64,000 nucleotides of DNA from Lama guanicoe (Eukaryota): NCBI GenBank assembly GCA_013239625.1, contig MU053561.1:4093992-4157991 (forward strand), in the 5' to 3' direction. Both the position numbers and the translations under genes were made by a program. The notes beneath the pieces are model-generated. The model searched no databases, was not told the DNA's origin, and saw only the letters and a list, made by a program, of their open reading frames with translations. Within the stretch, counting starts at the first letter, position 1; each line of letters starts with the position of its first letter. Shown here piece after piece: positions 25,311-37,070 of the stretch.

Positions 25311-26253
25311 GAAACCAACTCAGAGGAGGTGTGTACACATTATCCAGAGCAGGGAAGGATTGGAAGCCAGGGAGATGCGAGTCAGGGCAGTCAGCTTTAC
25401 ATTTCAGATGAATGCTCTAGAGCCCTGCAGGGGAAGGATGTGAACAGGACAGCCTGTTCACAGTTAGGAGTCACCTCGTGGGGTTCCGGAAAAAGATGAG
25501 TCTGCACCGGGACAGTGATCACGGGCACAGAGGTCAGGGTGAGGGAAACCAGATGGCAAGACAGTCCTAACAATCCCAAGGGCCCAGTGTGAAGTAGAAA
25601 ACTGAGAAAAATTTTGTTACAGGCAGAGTCTGGGAAACTTCATGGAGGAGGCAGGAAAAAGAAGACGAGGGCGAGGGAATGGAATTAACAAAGCCAAAGA
25701 AGCAAAAATACGCAAGTAGGGTTCCCAGAAGTAGGTCAGTCGACAGCAAGAATGTATGATCGCTGGCCTGCCCTCTACATTCTCATCCCTGTCGTGGGGA
25801 AAGCATGTGTGCAGGACAGGCTGTTTTCTCCCACAAAGTCCTGCTTTTCTGAGATGAGGTATAAAAAGAGGCTATAAGGTGCTCAAGATGGAAAAAGATT
25901 CAGAAACTATTTTAGATCATAACAGAGAAGAAAAGACAGAGTCCCTCCTGATGGCACCAAAGGTCTGGTGGTCTTGTGGTGACTCCAGGCTGTGACCAGA
26001 TAAGGGGAGAGCCTCTGTCCCCTGCTCCTGTTCTCTCATTCCCCACTGCAGGCCCACTCTTTGCCATCCAGTGGCTGGCAGAAGTGACTGACTGACCAGC
26101 TGTGTCAGGGAGAAGAGAAGAACAAGATAAGGGAGGGTGGGGAGAAAAGTGTTACAGTGACCTAGAGGACAAGGGAGAAGGGAAGAAAGACAGTGCCCGA
26201 GGTGAGAGGTTCCCTAGCCAACCTGAATGTCACAGGGGTGCTCGGGGTTAGAA

Positions 26254-26552
26254 AAGGAGCTGGCAAACTTGCTCTATAAAGGGTCAGAGAGGAAACATTA
26301 AGGCTTTGTGGAACATCCACTCTGTCTCAACTACTCATCTCTGCCATTTAGCACACAGACAGGCAACTAAATGAACAGAGTGATGCATCAATAATACTTT
26401 GTTCATGGACACTGAAATTTGAATTTCATAAAATGTTCACATGTCATGAATATTCTCGATTTTTTTCAACCAGTTAAAAATCATTCTTAGCTCATACACA
26501 AAAACAGCCGGTGGTCGGGGCTTGGTTTGGGGAGTGGGGTTTGCCTTCCCTA
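26254..26552. mobile_element. MER58-like hAT-Charlie DNA transposon
   Basis: ggcaaacttgctctataaagggtcagagag...tggacactgaaatttgaatttcataaaatgttcacatgtcatgaa...gtttgcc. Confidence 0.8.
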
Positions 26553-28319
26553 GTTCAGAATAAGGGTCTCACGATAGACAAAGACCTGGGATGGGTCAAG
26601 TAGCTCAGAGAAGCTTCTCCTAAACCTACACTCCTGTGGGTTCTGGATGGGATGGGATATAGGGCTGAAATTGAGGAAAAGACCTGTTTTCTATACTTTT
26701 CTGATTTCATGAGTGCTTCCTGGGCTAACAATAAATTGTTTAGTAATGGACTGTAACTTCCCTTTTCCCATAATTAAGGCTGTAGTGATGGGGTTTTGCA
26801 TTGCTTTTATATTAATTAAATTTTGAAATACTGCTTCACATATCTATAAACTGCATCATGATATTCAAAAAAAACAATAAACAAAAGGCACACATATTTG
26901 GCTATAACATACTCCTCTGGCTACTAAAAAAAAAAAGGTAATAGCTGGGACCATGCCTATGAGCAGCTGGACCTCCCTATGGCCTCAGCTGCCCATCTGG
27001 GAAATAGGCAGAACCACCTAAGCAGCTATGAGACTTGCTCTTGCTCAACTGGCTGCTCCAGCTTGGAAGGTCCTCCAATCTTCCACAGACACACAGTGTT
27101 TTATTTACCCTCCCAAGTCTCGGTCTCGTCTCTCATTAGGTACTATATGATCTTTTATAGTTTCCAAAGATTTATGTGGTCTTGCTTGGAAAAACCTGAG
27201 ACTCCTCAAGCTTTGTCTTTTATCCCAGAGGCATAGCTGAGGGGTAGCTGTGCATCAAAATAAGATGATTAGGAAGATTGACTGAAAAGATTCTTTGCAA
27301 AGAGCCCAACCGTTTTCCTTGGGCTGGGCACAAGTCTTCAGATTTCCTTAAAATAAATCATCAATATCATGTCAAATTCAGACTCTAAAACCACTAAACC
27401 CCTCCTCCCCTCAACCCACTGTTTCTGGAATAAAAGGCTTCATGTTGTTACATATCCCTTATTTTCTGCTCCTTGGAAGCAGTTATTCCTCCTTCTTAGA
27501 GAGAATGTTTGGGATGCTTTCATTGACCTCTTGCCTTATCTGTGCTCCAAGAGTTCTAACTTCCCGGCTAACACCCCAGACTCCTTCTCCTTCTCTGACA
27601 CTGAGTCTCTTAGAGGTGGGAATGAAAGGAAGGGATCAAGGAAAAGAAGAGAAGCCTAGAGAAAATAAGGACGCATGCCAAGGGCTCTTGTTTCTGACAT
27701 TCCTCCTGCCCTCAGCTGGCCCTGATGACCAGGAAAGGAGCCAGCCACTAGATCCACCCAGGACCTAAAAAGTGTGTAATCCACAGAACTCAAATCTGAA
27801 AGGACACTGCCAAAGGGATTTCACAGAATCAGTAATGGCAAACTTTGCTGTGTACATCTCCAACAAGTCAAAGCTCACAGGACTCGTCTGGCCCTTAGTG
27901 GTGAGCTGGCCCCTCGTGGCTATGTTCTGAGGAAGGTGGATGCATTTTCCCAACTCTGGGACTCCAGCAAAGTCCACTTTCTGTCACGAGGCACCAGGTT
28001 GGTTCGGCCAGCTTCTCACAGATCTGGTTCTGAAGGAAGGACAGAGCACTGCTAAGAACACATTCATCCTCTTCCCCTATCTGATCTTTCTTCCACATGC
28101 CTTTTGGATTAATGCTGACATTTTGTTTCCATCTGTTTTCAGGTCTCGGTTAGAAATGTCCAAGCCCAGCCCTCCAGGGCTGGAGGTCCTCCACATGGTA
28201 CGGTTCTAGAGCACGGTCTGTGGACAATCAACTGCATGTCTTATTTCAAACCCACAAACACTGAGTGAGTGCCTCTTATGTGCCAAGCATTGTGCTGTCC
28301 AACAGGCACTTGCCAGATG

Positions 28320-29470
28320 CCATGTCATGCCACTTCTCAAAACTCAGCACAGGCTCCCATTTCGCTTGGAATAAAGCTCAAGTCATTACAACGACCCTCT
28401 ATGACTTAAAAAGACCCCCTTCCCACCCTACCCTTTGATCACATCCCCTGCAACTCTCCCTCTTACTCCCCAAAGCCATCAGTCCTCGCTGCTCTTTTGT
28501 GACCACAATGCCGCCTCTGCCCCAGTGCCCTTGTACTGGCTGCTCCTTCCTCTCCTCCCTGAATGCCCTTTCCCCAGACTTTCTCACTTCCTCATCTTCT
28601 TCAAGTCTTTGCTCAAATATCACCTTTTCAACAAGGCTTAAATGGACAGTTCTGTTGAAAATCACAACCCTTCAACAGCACACCTGATCCCTCTTCTTGC
28701 CGAATAAATTTTCTTTTTCTTCAGCACTTATCACCTACTTCCGTGGCCCAGTTTCCTAGAAAACAGCTTGAAGGACCGCAATTCCAGGGAAGTAGCAATG
28801 AGGTGAAAGGGGAGTGAAGCACAGAAGCAGTGAGAGCAGACCTAAGAGCATGTTTCCAAATGACCACAGTGTTGTAACAAGAGACGGCTCAGTCCCACTG
28901 GACATCTTCAGAGAGGCTGAATGAAGCCAAGGCAACTCCCAACAATCTGCCCAGAGGAGGAGGAAAGTACGTGTCCTTCAGCAGCTGTCTTCCATGGGTA
29001 AAAGTCTGACACGTGGGTGTTAACTCCCTCATATTTCTAGGTGATGAAAAAGCAGGTTAGCACCCAGGAGGTCCCTCACCTAAATGGCAGCACAGAAGCC
29101 CCAGCGTGGAGGATGGGAGCTGAGAGGTGCAGCGCAGGCATCAGGCAGGGAGCAGCAGGAGGGGCAGCGCTCACAGCCGGCTGCTTTGCCTGTAGGAGTG
29201 GCGGCGGGGGGGTGGAGGCGCCAGTGGCTCCAGGACAGCAGGCACAGTCTGAGCTGTTGCCAGGACTGCTCCAGCCAGGCAAGGTCCAAGTATGGATCTG
29301 GACTGTGCATGAACTGAACCCTGTATGACCTTCCAACACGGTATGTACCTCCTCCAGCTAGAACAGAAACTCCCCCAAGGCAAGCTCTTTGTCTGTGTTC
29401 CCTGATGCACCTTAAAGTCTAGAAAAAAGCCTGGTACATGATAGGTGCCCAGCCCACTACTGAAAGAATA
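28320..29470 (+). mobile_element. L2 LINE interrupted by an ERVL LTR
   Basis: catgtcatgccacttctcaaaac...ttcaagtctttgctcaaatatcacctt; resumes at about 29330 with ctagaacagaaactcccccaaggcaag...cctggtacatgataggtgc. Confidence 0.75.
28740..29330 (-). mobile_element. LTR33-like ERVL LTR
   Basis: tttcctagaaaacagc...tccagggaagtagcaatgagg...ggctcagtcccactgg...gggtgttaactccc; splits the surrounding L2. Confidence 0.55.
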
Positions 29471-29796
29471 AAAAGGTGATGACAGTGAATGAGATACAGA
29501 TCTTGCCCTCAGTGAGCTCTCAGCACCCAGGAGGACACAGACAAGCAAACAGGTCATTGCAGTACAGACGGGAGGGCTGGACTGGCAGCAGGAGCACTTG
29601 GCAGAGCCATGGGCAACTGATCATTGAGTCCCAATGCCTCTGATAAAACAAGGACACTGGTGTAGGACACTGAGCATTGGGCTCTAAACCCAACCTCAGC
29701 CACTAACTGGTAGGATCTTTCAAGAGTTATCTAAATAGCAGTAATTACTATTTATCAAGTTGTCACTCTCTGCCATTCACAGGCTGCGTGATTTAC

Positions 29797-30131
29797 GGTC
29801 TTCATCTGCTCAGGCTGCTGTAACAGAGCACCACAGCCTGGCTGGCCTATAAACAACAGATGAAGTTACTCTCACAGTCCTGGAGGCTGGGAAGCCCAAG
29901 GCCAAAGTGTCACCAGAGTCAGTGTCTGCTTCATGGACAGCTTTTCACTGCGCCCTCACAAGGCAGAAGGGATGAGGGAGCAGCCTGCGGTCTCTTTTAT
30001 AACTGCATTAATCCCACTCGTGAGGGTGGGGCCCAAATCATCTCCTAAGGCCCCACCTCCTAACACTACCACCTTGAGGGCCAGGATTTAACATATAAAT
30101 GTGGGGGTACACAAATATTTAGTCCACAGCA
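29797..30131 (-). mobile_element. MaLR solo LTR (MLT1A0-like) nested in a MIR
   Basis: ggctgctgtaacagagcaccacagcctgg...ctcacagtcctggaggctgggaagcccaag...aggccccacctcctaacactaccacctt; candidate TSD tttac/ttcac; MIR continues at 30132-30330. Confidence 0.88.
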
Positions 30132-30827
30132 TTCACATACATTTTCTTATTTCCTTCTTACAACAATTCAATGAGAGAAATATGATGACTCTTATTTAAT
30201 AGACAGAAATCTAAACTCAATCCAGAAACAGTTAATGAAACTTCTCCTGGCTAAGCAGTGGCAGAGCAAGGATTTGAATTTGAGACTTCCTCTGCCAAAG
30301 TCTAAAGCTCACAATCACCCGCCTCTAGCACTGTACAGCTGGGCCTTGGTGCCCTCTTTGTAAAATGAAAAGATTAGACTATGTAATCTTTAAAGTCCTT
30401 TCCCATTAAGCTGTATCCTAAACATGTCAAGGTCAAAGAGAAGTGATCCAGCCCAGACTTGTGGGAAGTGTTTGGATATTCTCCAGGACAAATATACCTA
30501 CAGGGTACTGTGGGCCACCAACCAGGTCTGTGTCAGCAGCAGCCCCCTTCCAGGCCCCCTACTGGCGGGCACGTCTCTCTGTTCTGTCCATGAGGACATG
30601 CACAGGAGATCCGCCTGGCTAGGGTAGAGCTATCACCTGAGGAAACTTAATGTGGGACCATGAGGATACATACAGAGTGTTCTAAGCTATGAAACGTGCA
30701 TTATGGAAGCCAAACTACTCACTCACTCACTGCAGAGCCTGCAGGTTGGAGGGCACCAGGACAAGTGCAATCAAAGCCTGTGACTCAGCAAATGCAGCTT
30801 AGGACTTCTGCATTGATCCAGATCACC

Positions 30828-31111
30828 AGTGTATGATAGAAATACAGCACGAGACACATGTGTAATTTTACATTTTCTAGTATGCACACTTAAAAAAGTA
30901 AAAAGAAAGAGGTAAAATTAATATTGATAGTATGTTTCATTTAACCCAGTACACCTCAAATATTATTTCAATGTGGAATCAATATAAAAATTCATTGAAA
31001 TATTTTACATCCTATTTTTCATACTAAGTCTTTGAAATCTGGTGCTCAGTAGGAATCAGCATATATCAAGTGCTCATAGGTGAATCATGGCAGCTGAATT
31101 GGACAGTGCAG
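30828..31111. mobile_element. MER33 hAT-Charlie DNA transposon
   Basis: tgtaattttacattttctagt...aaaaagtaaaaagaaagaggtaaaattaat...ttggacagtgcag; same family as 7576-7864. Confidence 0.85.
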
Positions 31112-31747
31112 AGTTTCATCTGCTGGTGCTGACGGAGAACACACACACACGACTCTCATCCCAGAGCAGCACAAATAACAAAGAACTTTATCAAGTCCCT
31201 GCATCATCAGGACCAGCAAATAACACAAGTGAGCCCTGCACCCAGGCAACGAGGTGCAGCATGGGAAACAGGCAGAGGCCCAGGGGAGATGGACACCAAC
31301 CTGAATCCATACTCAAAGAATGCAGGCGAATGAGAGGAAGTCAGCTGATCGTGGGGAAAAGAAGCCATCTGGCTCGCTGCCCTTTGAAGTTCAGTTCACC
31401 TTCTAATAACAAGAGTAGCAGGCCAAGAAAAAGTACTGGAGGCCTTAAAGCAACTGAGGCAAGAGGTCAGAGTTCCTTGGTTTCATATGAGATTTGGGAG
31501 AGGGTGGAAATTGCAGAAAATGTATGAAGTTAACAATTTGTGTAGTTAAGTGGTGCCAAACCACAGGAGCCTAGAGTCCTAACACATTAGGACTCATTTA
31601 CACTGAAATTAACTGCTGCTCGAAACAGATCCACAGAAGCAAGGGGTAGCAAGGAAGATGTGTGTATTTTAAAACTGAAGGACTTGGAGACGACTGCTGG
31701 GGGGACTGTGGTTTTTCCAGGAATGGGATCGATTGAAATGGATTTTT

Positions 31748-31806
31748 TAAAAAAGAAAGAAAAGAAAAGAAAAGAAAAGAAAAGAAAAGAAAAGAAAAGA
31801 AAAAAG
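31748..31806. repeat. (GAAAA)n microsatellite
   Basis: About 9-10 tandem gaaaa units. Confidence 0.97.
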
Positions 31807-32829
31807 GAAAGGATTTCCATCCCTCCTTTGCAGCTCCCCCATGCCAACCAAACACGCAAGCAGCAAAGGAAGGGTGACTCTTCTGCCACCCAAAGAAGGT
31901 GGTTCCCTCCCCGACAGTGCAGACAGTCCCTGGGCCTCCCCGCCCCTCCCCCCACAGGAGCGAACCATCTGGGCGACCCTACTCTTGGGGAGTGTTTACT
32001 TGCTGCGTTTGTGAGGTTGAGACTGGAGCCACATGGAAGGCACATGCAGGAAATGTGCTGTAATAATCTTATGTTTATAATTCCGAGAGAAGGATGGCAG
32101 AGTCAAGGACGGGATTGATCAGGTTCCAAATCTACTTCCTGGAGTCAAATTTAAAAGAGCGTTGTTGAGGGCAAAATCTCTAACGATGTGGGTACGTCAC
32201 AACAAGTTACAAGTTTATTTCTATTGGTGTTTGTACAGATTTTTTAAATCTGTTGCTTTCTTCTCATATGTACTAGCCCATCCCTGCCAAAGCTTACGGA
32301 ACTCTGAAAACTGCCTCCTGTAATGTATTCTTATCAAATTCAGAAAAATCTGATTTTCTAAGAGTTCATTTACAGGACAGCAGTTTCATTTTGCTGAAAT
32401 GACTGTATTTTTTTTATTGTTATTGTTGGGATTTTAAGTGTTACCATCTGAAAAGTTGTCGATTTTCAGAGATGTTACACATCCATCCAATCACAGTCTG
32501 GTTTCCAAATTTCTCCCTGGACAACCAAAGCTTACAGTGGGTCTGCTCCCATTCCCTGTCACACCCATGCAAGAAGACATTTTTAAGAGTCTCTTTAAAG
32601 CCGCTTGTCTGAGCTGGCCGCTCCCTGGAGCTGCTTCTGAGTCACTGTTCCCCATTGTCTCTCTCAATTAGAATGGGATGTTTTATAACTCTTGCCGGGA
32701 AGTAGATTTTCTGGGCTCCTCAGCACGACATTTCAATGCCAGTTACCTGCCTCAGGTAGGAAAGCTGTGAGGCAATGAAGAAAAACAGATGAGCTGAAGG
32801 ACTAAGTGTAAAGATGACTAATTGTTACC

Positions 32830-33044
32830 GTCAGCAGAGCACTTTACAGTTTACAGAATGATTCTGCACATGATATCTCATTTACCTTCACCATCTCCCC
32901 ATGAGAAAGGGATTTAGCCTTCTTTTTATAATGAGGAAATTGAGGCTAGGTTTGCTGATGCATCTCACCTAAGGTCATCCAAGTAGCCCACAGTGGAGCT
33001 AGGAACTGGAGTCGCTCTTCAGATTAGAAACCCAGCTCTGCTCT
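32830..33044 (-). mobile_element. MIR SINE, host of the LTR insertion
   Basis: agagcactttacagtttacaga...atctcatttacc...aatgaggaaattgaggct...aaggtca...ggagctaggaactgga; a short continuation follows 33703. Confidence 0.8.
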
Positions 33045-33699
33045 TGAGACAGGAGGGAAGGGGGCAGGGCACAGCCATTCAAGGAATGACGCAACAAATA
33101 ACATCAGAACTCCCAGTAGGCCTTGAAACTCAAGATGGTGGTAGATTTGACTTTCAGTAGACCTTGAGCTTCATTATAAGCTCAATGTAATGTATTAGCA
33201 TGATAAATAACATGCCCACAGGTGCCATGACAGTTCTAAGGCTGACCATAAAAGGTCAAAGAGTGGGCGGTGGCCCAGTTCCTGGGAATCCCAGCCCCTT
33301 CCCCAGGGTAGTTGGAATGGTCCTTCCACTTGTTGGCATGTGAAGCTACCTAGCCCATAAAAACTGGCAACACCTGTGCCTCGCGGCTGCCTCTCTCGCT
33401 CTCTCATCTTAGGAGACAGCCCGCACTCTGTCTATGGAGTATGTATCTACTTTTACTATGACCTGAGCACCCAATCCCCACACCTCGTGACCTTTCTCTC
33501 GCCTTCTGAAACAGCATACATTCGATATAGTATATTTCTCTCTAAATAAATCTATCTTTACTCAGCTGTGGATCGCTCTTGAAATCTTTTCCTGCATTAA
33601 GCCAAGGACCCACAATTGGCAGGGCATGTCCCAGGGACTCTCCTGAGATCTGGGACACAGCCCTCCTCACACCCCACATCCGTTTTTTTTCCTGCATCA
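33045..33699 (+). mobile_element. ERV1-class solo LTR, MER41-like, 655 bp, TG...CA termini, 4-bp TSD CTCT
   Basis: Starts tgagacagg and ends cctgcatca; CTCT at 33041-33044 and 33700-33703; TATA-like cataaaaa near 33356, AATAAA at 33545; MER41-type motifs cccacaggtgccatgacagtt and gcactctgtctatggagt. Confidence 0.88.
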
Positions 33700-34164
33700 C
33701 TCTGTCCACGTATCACTTCCTATAGACATCAGCAAATTACCCCAGACAGCACAGATGTTTTCCGTGCAGCCTCACTCAGTCAAACCTCGAGTATATAGGA
33801 CATTTAGTTGCAAATGAGCATGCCTTTTTATATCTGGCATATTTCTGAATCTCTTCCTTCATTGCCTTTTGACGGTTCTCAGGTAAAACAATTCCAGTGT
33901 TCATCCAAAATACAATGACAGGAAAAGAGTAAAATTTTACCAAATATTTATTGAGGGTCTACTATGTAAGGAAAACCTTGAGGCTTACTCTCAAGAAATG
34001 TATTATGTTTGAGCAGAGGAGCTGTAGACTACTGGGGATTAGACAGCAACAGGAGGTACCAAAACCAGAGCTGTCACCCTTGTTGAGGCGTGAGATGCAT
34101 CCTGGGCCAGGACAGAACCATGGAGATTTTGTGGAGAAGGATCACAACCCAGCCCGGGTGCAGG

Positions 34165-34325
34165 GTTCTCAACTTCCCTAAAGACAAGTCATCAGGAGCG
34201 CTTTTTAACAATAGATTCCTGGACATCAATCCTGAACAGGGATTTCCAGGAGAAAAGCCTGGTAAACTACGTATTTAACCTGTGCCCGAGGTGATCCCTA
34301 TCATCGGGAAGGCTGGGAGCCGTGG
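34165..34325. mobile_element. MER5/MER117-like hAT DNA transposon fragment
   Basis: agtcatcaggagcgctttttaacaatagattcctgg...gaggtgatccctatcatc. Confidence 0.5.
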
Positions 34326-34969
34326 GAAGCCTGAGTCAGCGCCAAAGGGTGAGAGGTTTAGCTGCAGAGAATTTCTGTGTGCTGAGAGGGGAGAGAAAGG
34401 GCAGGCAATGTGGTGAAAGAGACTGAGAGAAGTGAGCCCTAAAAGTCAGACAAATACTAAGAGAAGATTTAACTCCAAAATAAGGGCAGAGACAGCACGA
34501 AGTCAGCAGGCTGCAGGACAGACCGGAGGAGGGCTCCAAGAGAAAAGGAATCCTGGCTCCCTCAGGCTCCCGCCATGAGAGGGATGCACATAGCAGGTGG
34601 GCAGCTGGGGGGCCTCACTGCAGGGGCATCACGTGCTGAGGCAGTGCTCACTTCTGCCTCCAAGCCCGTCCTGGGAACCGTGGCCCATCCTGTCCTCTAG
34701 TTTTCAGCAGAGGGTTGGGTGGGGCAGCAAAATAGCTTAAATTGCTAAATGAACCTTCGTCTTTGCTCAGTGCCAGAATTCCTGCATCTATGACCAAGCT
34801 CTAGGAGACACCAGGGGAATTTTGTCCCAAAGGAAACCTCTAGCAGCCACAGTGATGGTGGAAAGGTTCTTGGTCTAGGGGAAATCTGCGTTCAAAGCCC
34901 AGTTCCACAAGAACCTCACAGTGCAAAATCACATCTGTGGTCCTTGGTTTCTTTCTCAGTTAAATGATA

Positions 34970-35225
34970 ATAACACCTAACACTTACATAGCACTCACTA
35001 GGCGCCCAGCATTGTTCTATATATTTTTATGTTTTAACACATTTAATTCCCACAACAACCATGTAAGGAGGATTCTGTAATAACAGAATTGTCTCAGATT
35101 TACAGGTGAGAAAACCAAAGCACAGAGGTTAAATGACTTGCCCAAACAAGTAACTGACAGAGGCAAGATTCAAACCCAGGCAGCCTGGCTCCAGGGGCTG
35201 AGCCCTTAACCTACTATCCCTTACC
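34970..35225 (-). mobile_element. MIR SINE, near full length
   Basis: ctaacacttacatagcactcactaggcgcccagc...ttacaggtgagaaaaccaaagcacagaggttaaatgacttgccca...attcaaacccaggcagcctggctccag. Confidence 0.9.
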
Positions 35226-35529
35226 TCCTCTCCAAGGAAAACAATGTCTAGTTGATACAAAAAAACAGGTGTGTGTGTGAATATGTCCCGTGTTGAGGGG
35301 AGGTCATCGACTTCAGTGAGATGAGAGATTTGTTGGTGAACAGCACGACAACAGATTCTAAGACAGAAGATGATTCTGGGCTAGAGGTTAGAAGTCTTCA
35401 TGAAGCAGGACTGATCCCACCCACCTGATGGAGAAAGCCCAGTGGACTGAAGAAGACCCATACAGATGTAGACTGGAGACCGGGAGAAAGGGAATTTGGG
35501 AGGAAAACACTTAGCGCCCAATGGGTTCC

Positions 35530-36165
35530 TTTATCCAATTCTGTGGATGTTTAGTGAGAGCCTGGTATATGCCAGGCCCCATTACAGACACGGGAGACAC
35601 ACTGCTGAGTAAACAGACACCCTCCCTGCCTTCATGAAGCTTAGGGTCTAGGAGGCAAAATGGATAAAAAAGAAAGCCAATAGATGAATTAAATGGTTAG
35701 AAAAGTGATGAGCTGTATGAAGGAAAGATCTGGAGAGTAACAAATGGGTGGCTATTTCAGCCAGGGGGATAGGAAGGCCTGTCTGAGGAGGAGTCATCTC
35801 AGCTGAGCCCTGAAAGAGCCAGACGGGTGCAAGAAAGTGGCAGACCAGTGTCATCAGAGGGCACTGGATAAGGAAGAGGTGATAGAGGTGAGGGCGGAAG
35901 ATGGCCCTCAAGGCCACCAGGAGGAGACAGGAGTGCAGCGCAGTTGGAGAGACACTGCAGGAATCTAAGCAGGAAACAGACGTGCAATTTTTGTTTTAGG
36001 GCAAAACCTCTGGCTGACTATGAGGAGAATGGCTTGCAGTGACCCAGGTAGGAGGGCACCGTTGTCATCCAGGTAGGAATGGGTGGTGGTCAGACTGATG
36101 GTGCCATGGAGGTGGAGAGAAGGAACAGGATCTGAAATGAATTTCAGAGGCAGAATCAACAGGTG
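35530..36165 (-). mobile_element. L2 LINE fragment
   Basis: gcctggtatatgccaggc...aaacagacaccctccctgccttcatgaagcttagggtctag...ggaaggcctgtctgaggaggagtcatctcagctgagccctgaa. Confidence 0.8.
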
Positions 36166-36914
36166 CTCATAACTTTGTTCCCACCACCATCAAAGAACCA
36201 GCTGCAGAGACAGCAGCAGGATTTAGACCTCAAGTGGATGCTTTATTTGCCAAGTATAAATCCAAAGGAAGAGGGCAAGAAGGACCACACACTTTCACAG
36301 CACGTACCAGTAGGAAAGAAAGACATAAAGAGATGCTCTGTCTTAGAAGCACCAGTTCCTGTGCTGCTCTTCAGGTACAGAAAGGTGAATGCAAGAGCCA
36401 GATTCTCTCAAGCACTTTTGAATGAACTGGAACTTAGGGTAGTAATCCAAGCAGGAATAATAGATGTTCGGTGGGGAGCCCAGCACGATCCCCATGCTTG
36501 GTGCTCAGAGTCAGACAGGCACAGTGATGGAGGGTGTCCTGGGACATGTGTCGTGCCAAGTGGCAAACAGACTGGCAGAGGTGGAGAGAGGAGATGGCCA
36601 AACAACATAGCTGCCTGAGAGCAGAAGCACAGGGCATGAGTACATGGGGGCTTAGAAGGGGAAGGGACTGTGAGTCAGGCGAGTCCAGGGGGCATCTCAG
36701 TGTCCTCGACCATGGACTAATAGCCAGGGAAGGGGATCTGCTGGGAATGGAGTAAAGCCGCTGGTGGACTACGAATTTTTAGTACTGTATTTCATTTTTA
36801 ATAAACGTTTCCTTTTAAGCAAAACCAGTTGTGTCCTAGTAAAGAATTTTACTAGCTTCCCATTCTTACTTCTTCATTTATTTAGTACATGGTTATTGAC
36901 ACAATATTCTAGAC

Positions 36915-37070
36915 CAGGCCTTCTCAGACTCTAATGTGCTCATCAATCACCTGGGCATCAGGTTAAATGCAGATTCTGGTTCAGTAGGTCTAGGGTAGGG
37001 CCTCAGACTCTACATTTTTTATTAGTTCTCCAGTGATGCTGCTGGTCCTTGAAGGACACTTTGAGCAGAG
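36915..37070. mobile_element. MER5-family hAT-Charlie DNA transposon
   Basis: aatcacctgggcatcaggttaaatgcagattctggttcagtaggtctagggtagggcc...gacactttgag, preceded by ttctagac. Confidence 0.8.

Noticed and set aside
31574..31595. Perfect 9-bp hairpin gagtcctaa-caca-ttaggactc
   Set aside because: A 9-bp stem with a short loop is expected roughly once by chance in 64 kb.
31587..32118. Overlapping 152-aa ORFs on both strands
   Set aside because: Held open partly by the GAAAA repeat; no similarity to any protein I recognise.
36163..36618. 151-aa ORF
   Set aside because: GTG start next to an L2 fragment; no recognisable homology or exon signals.
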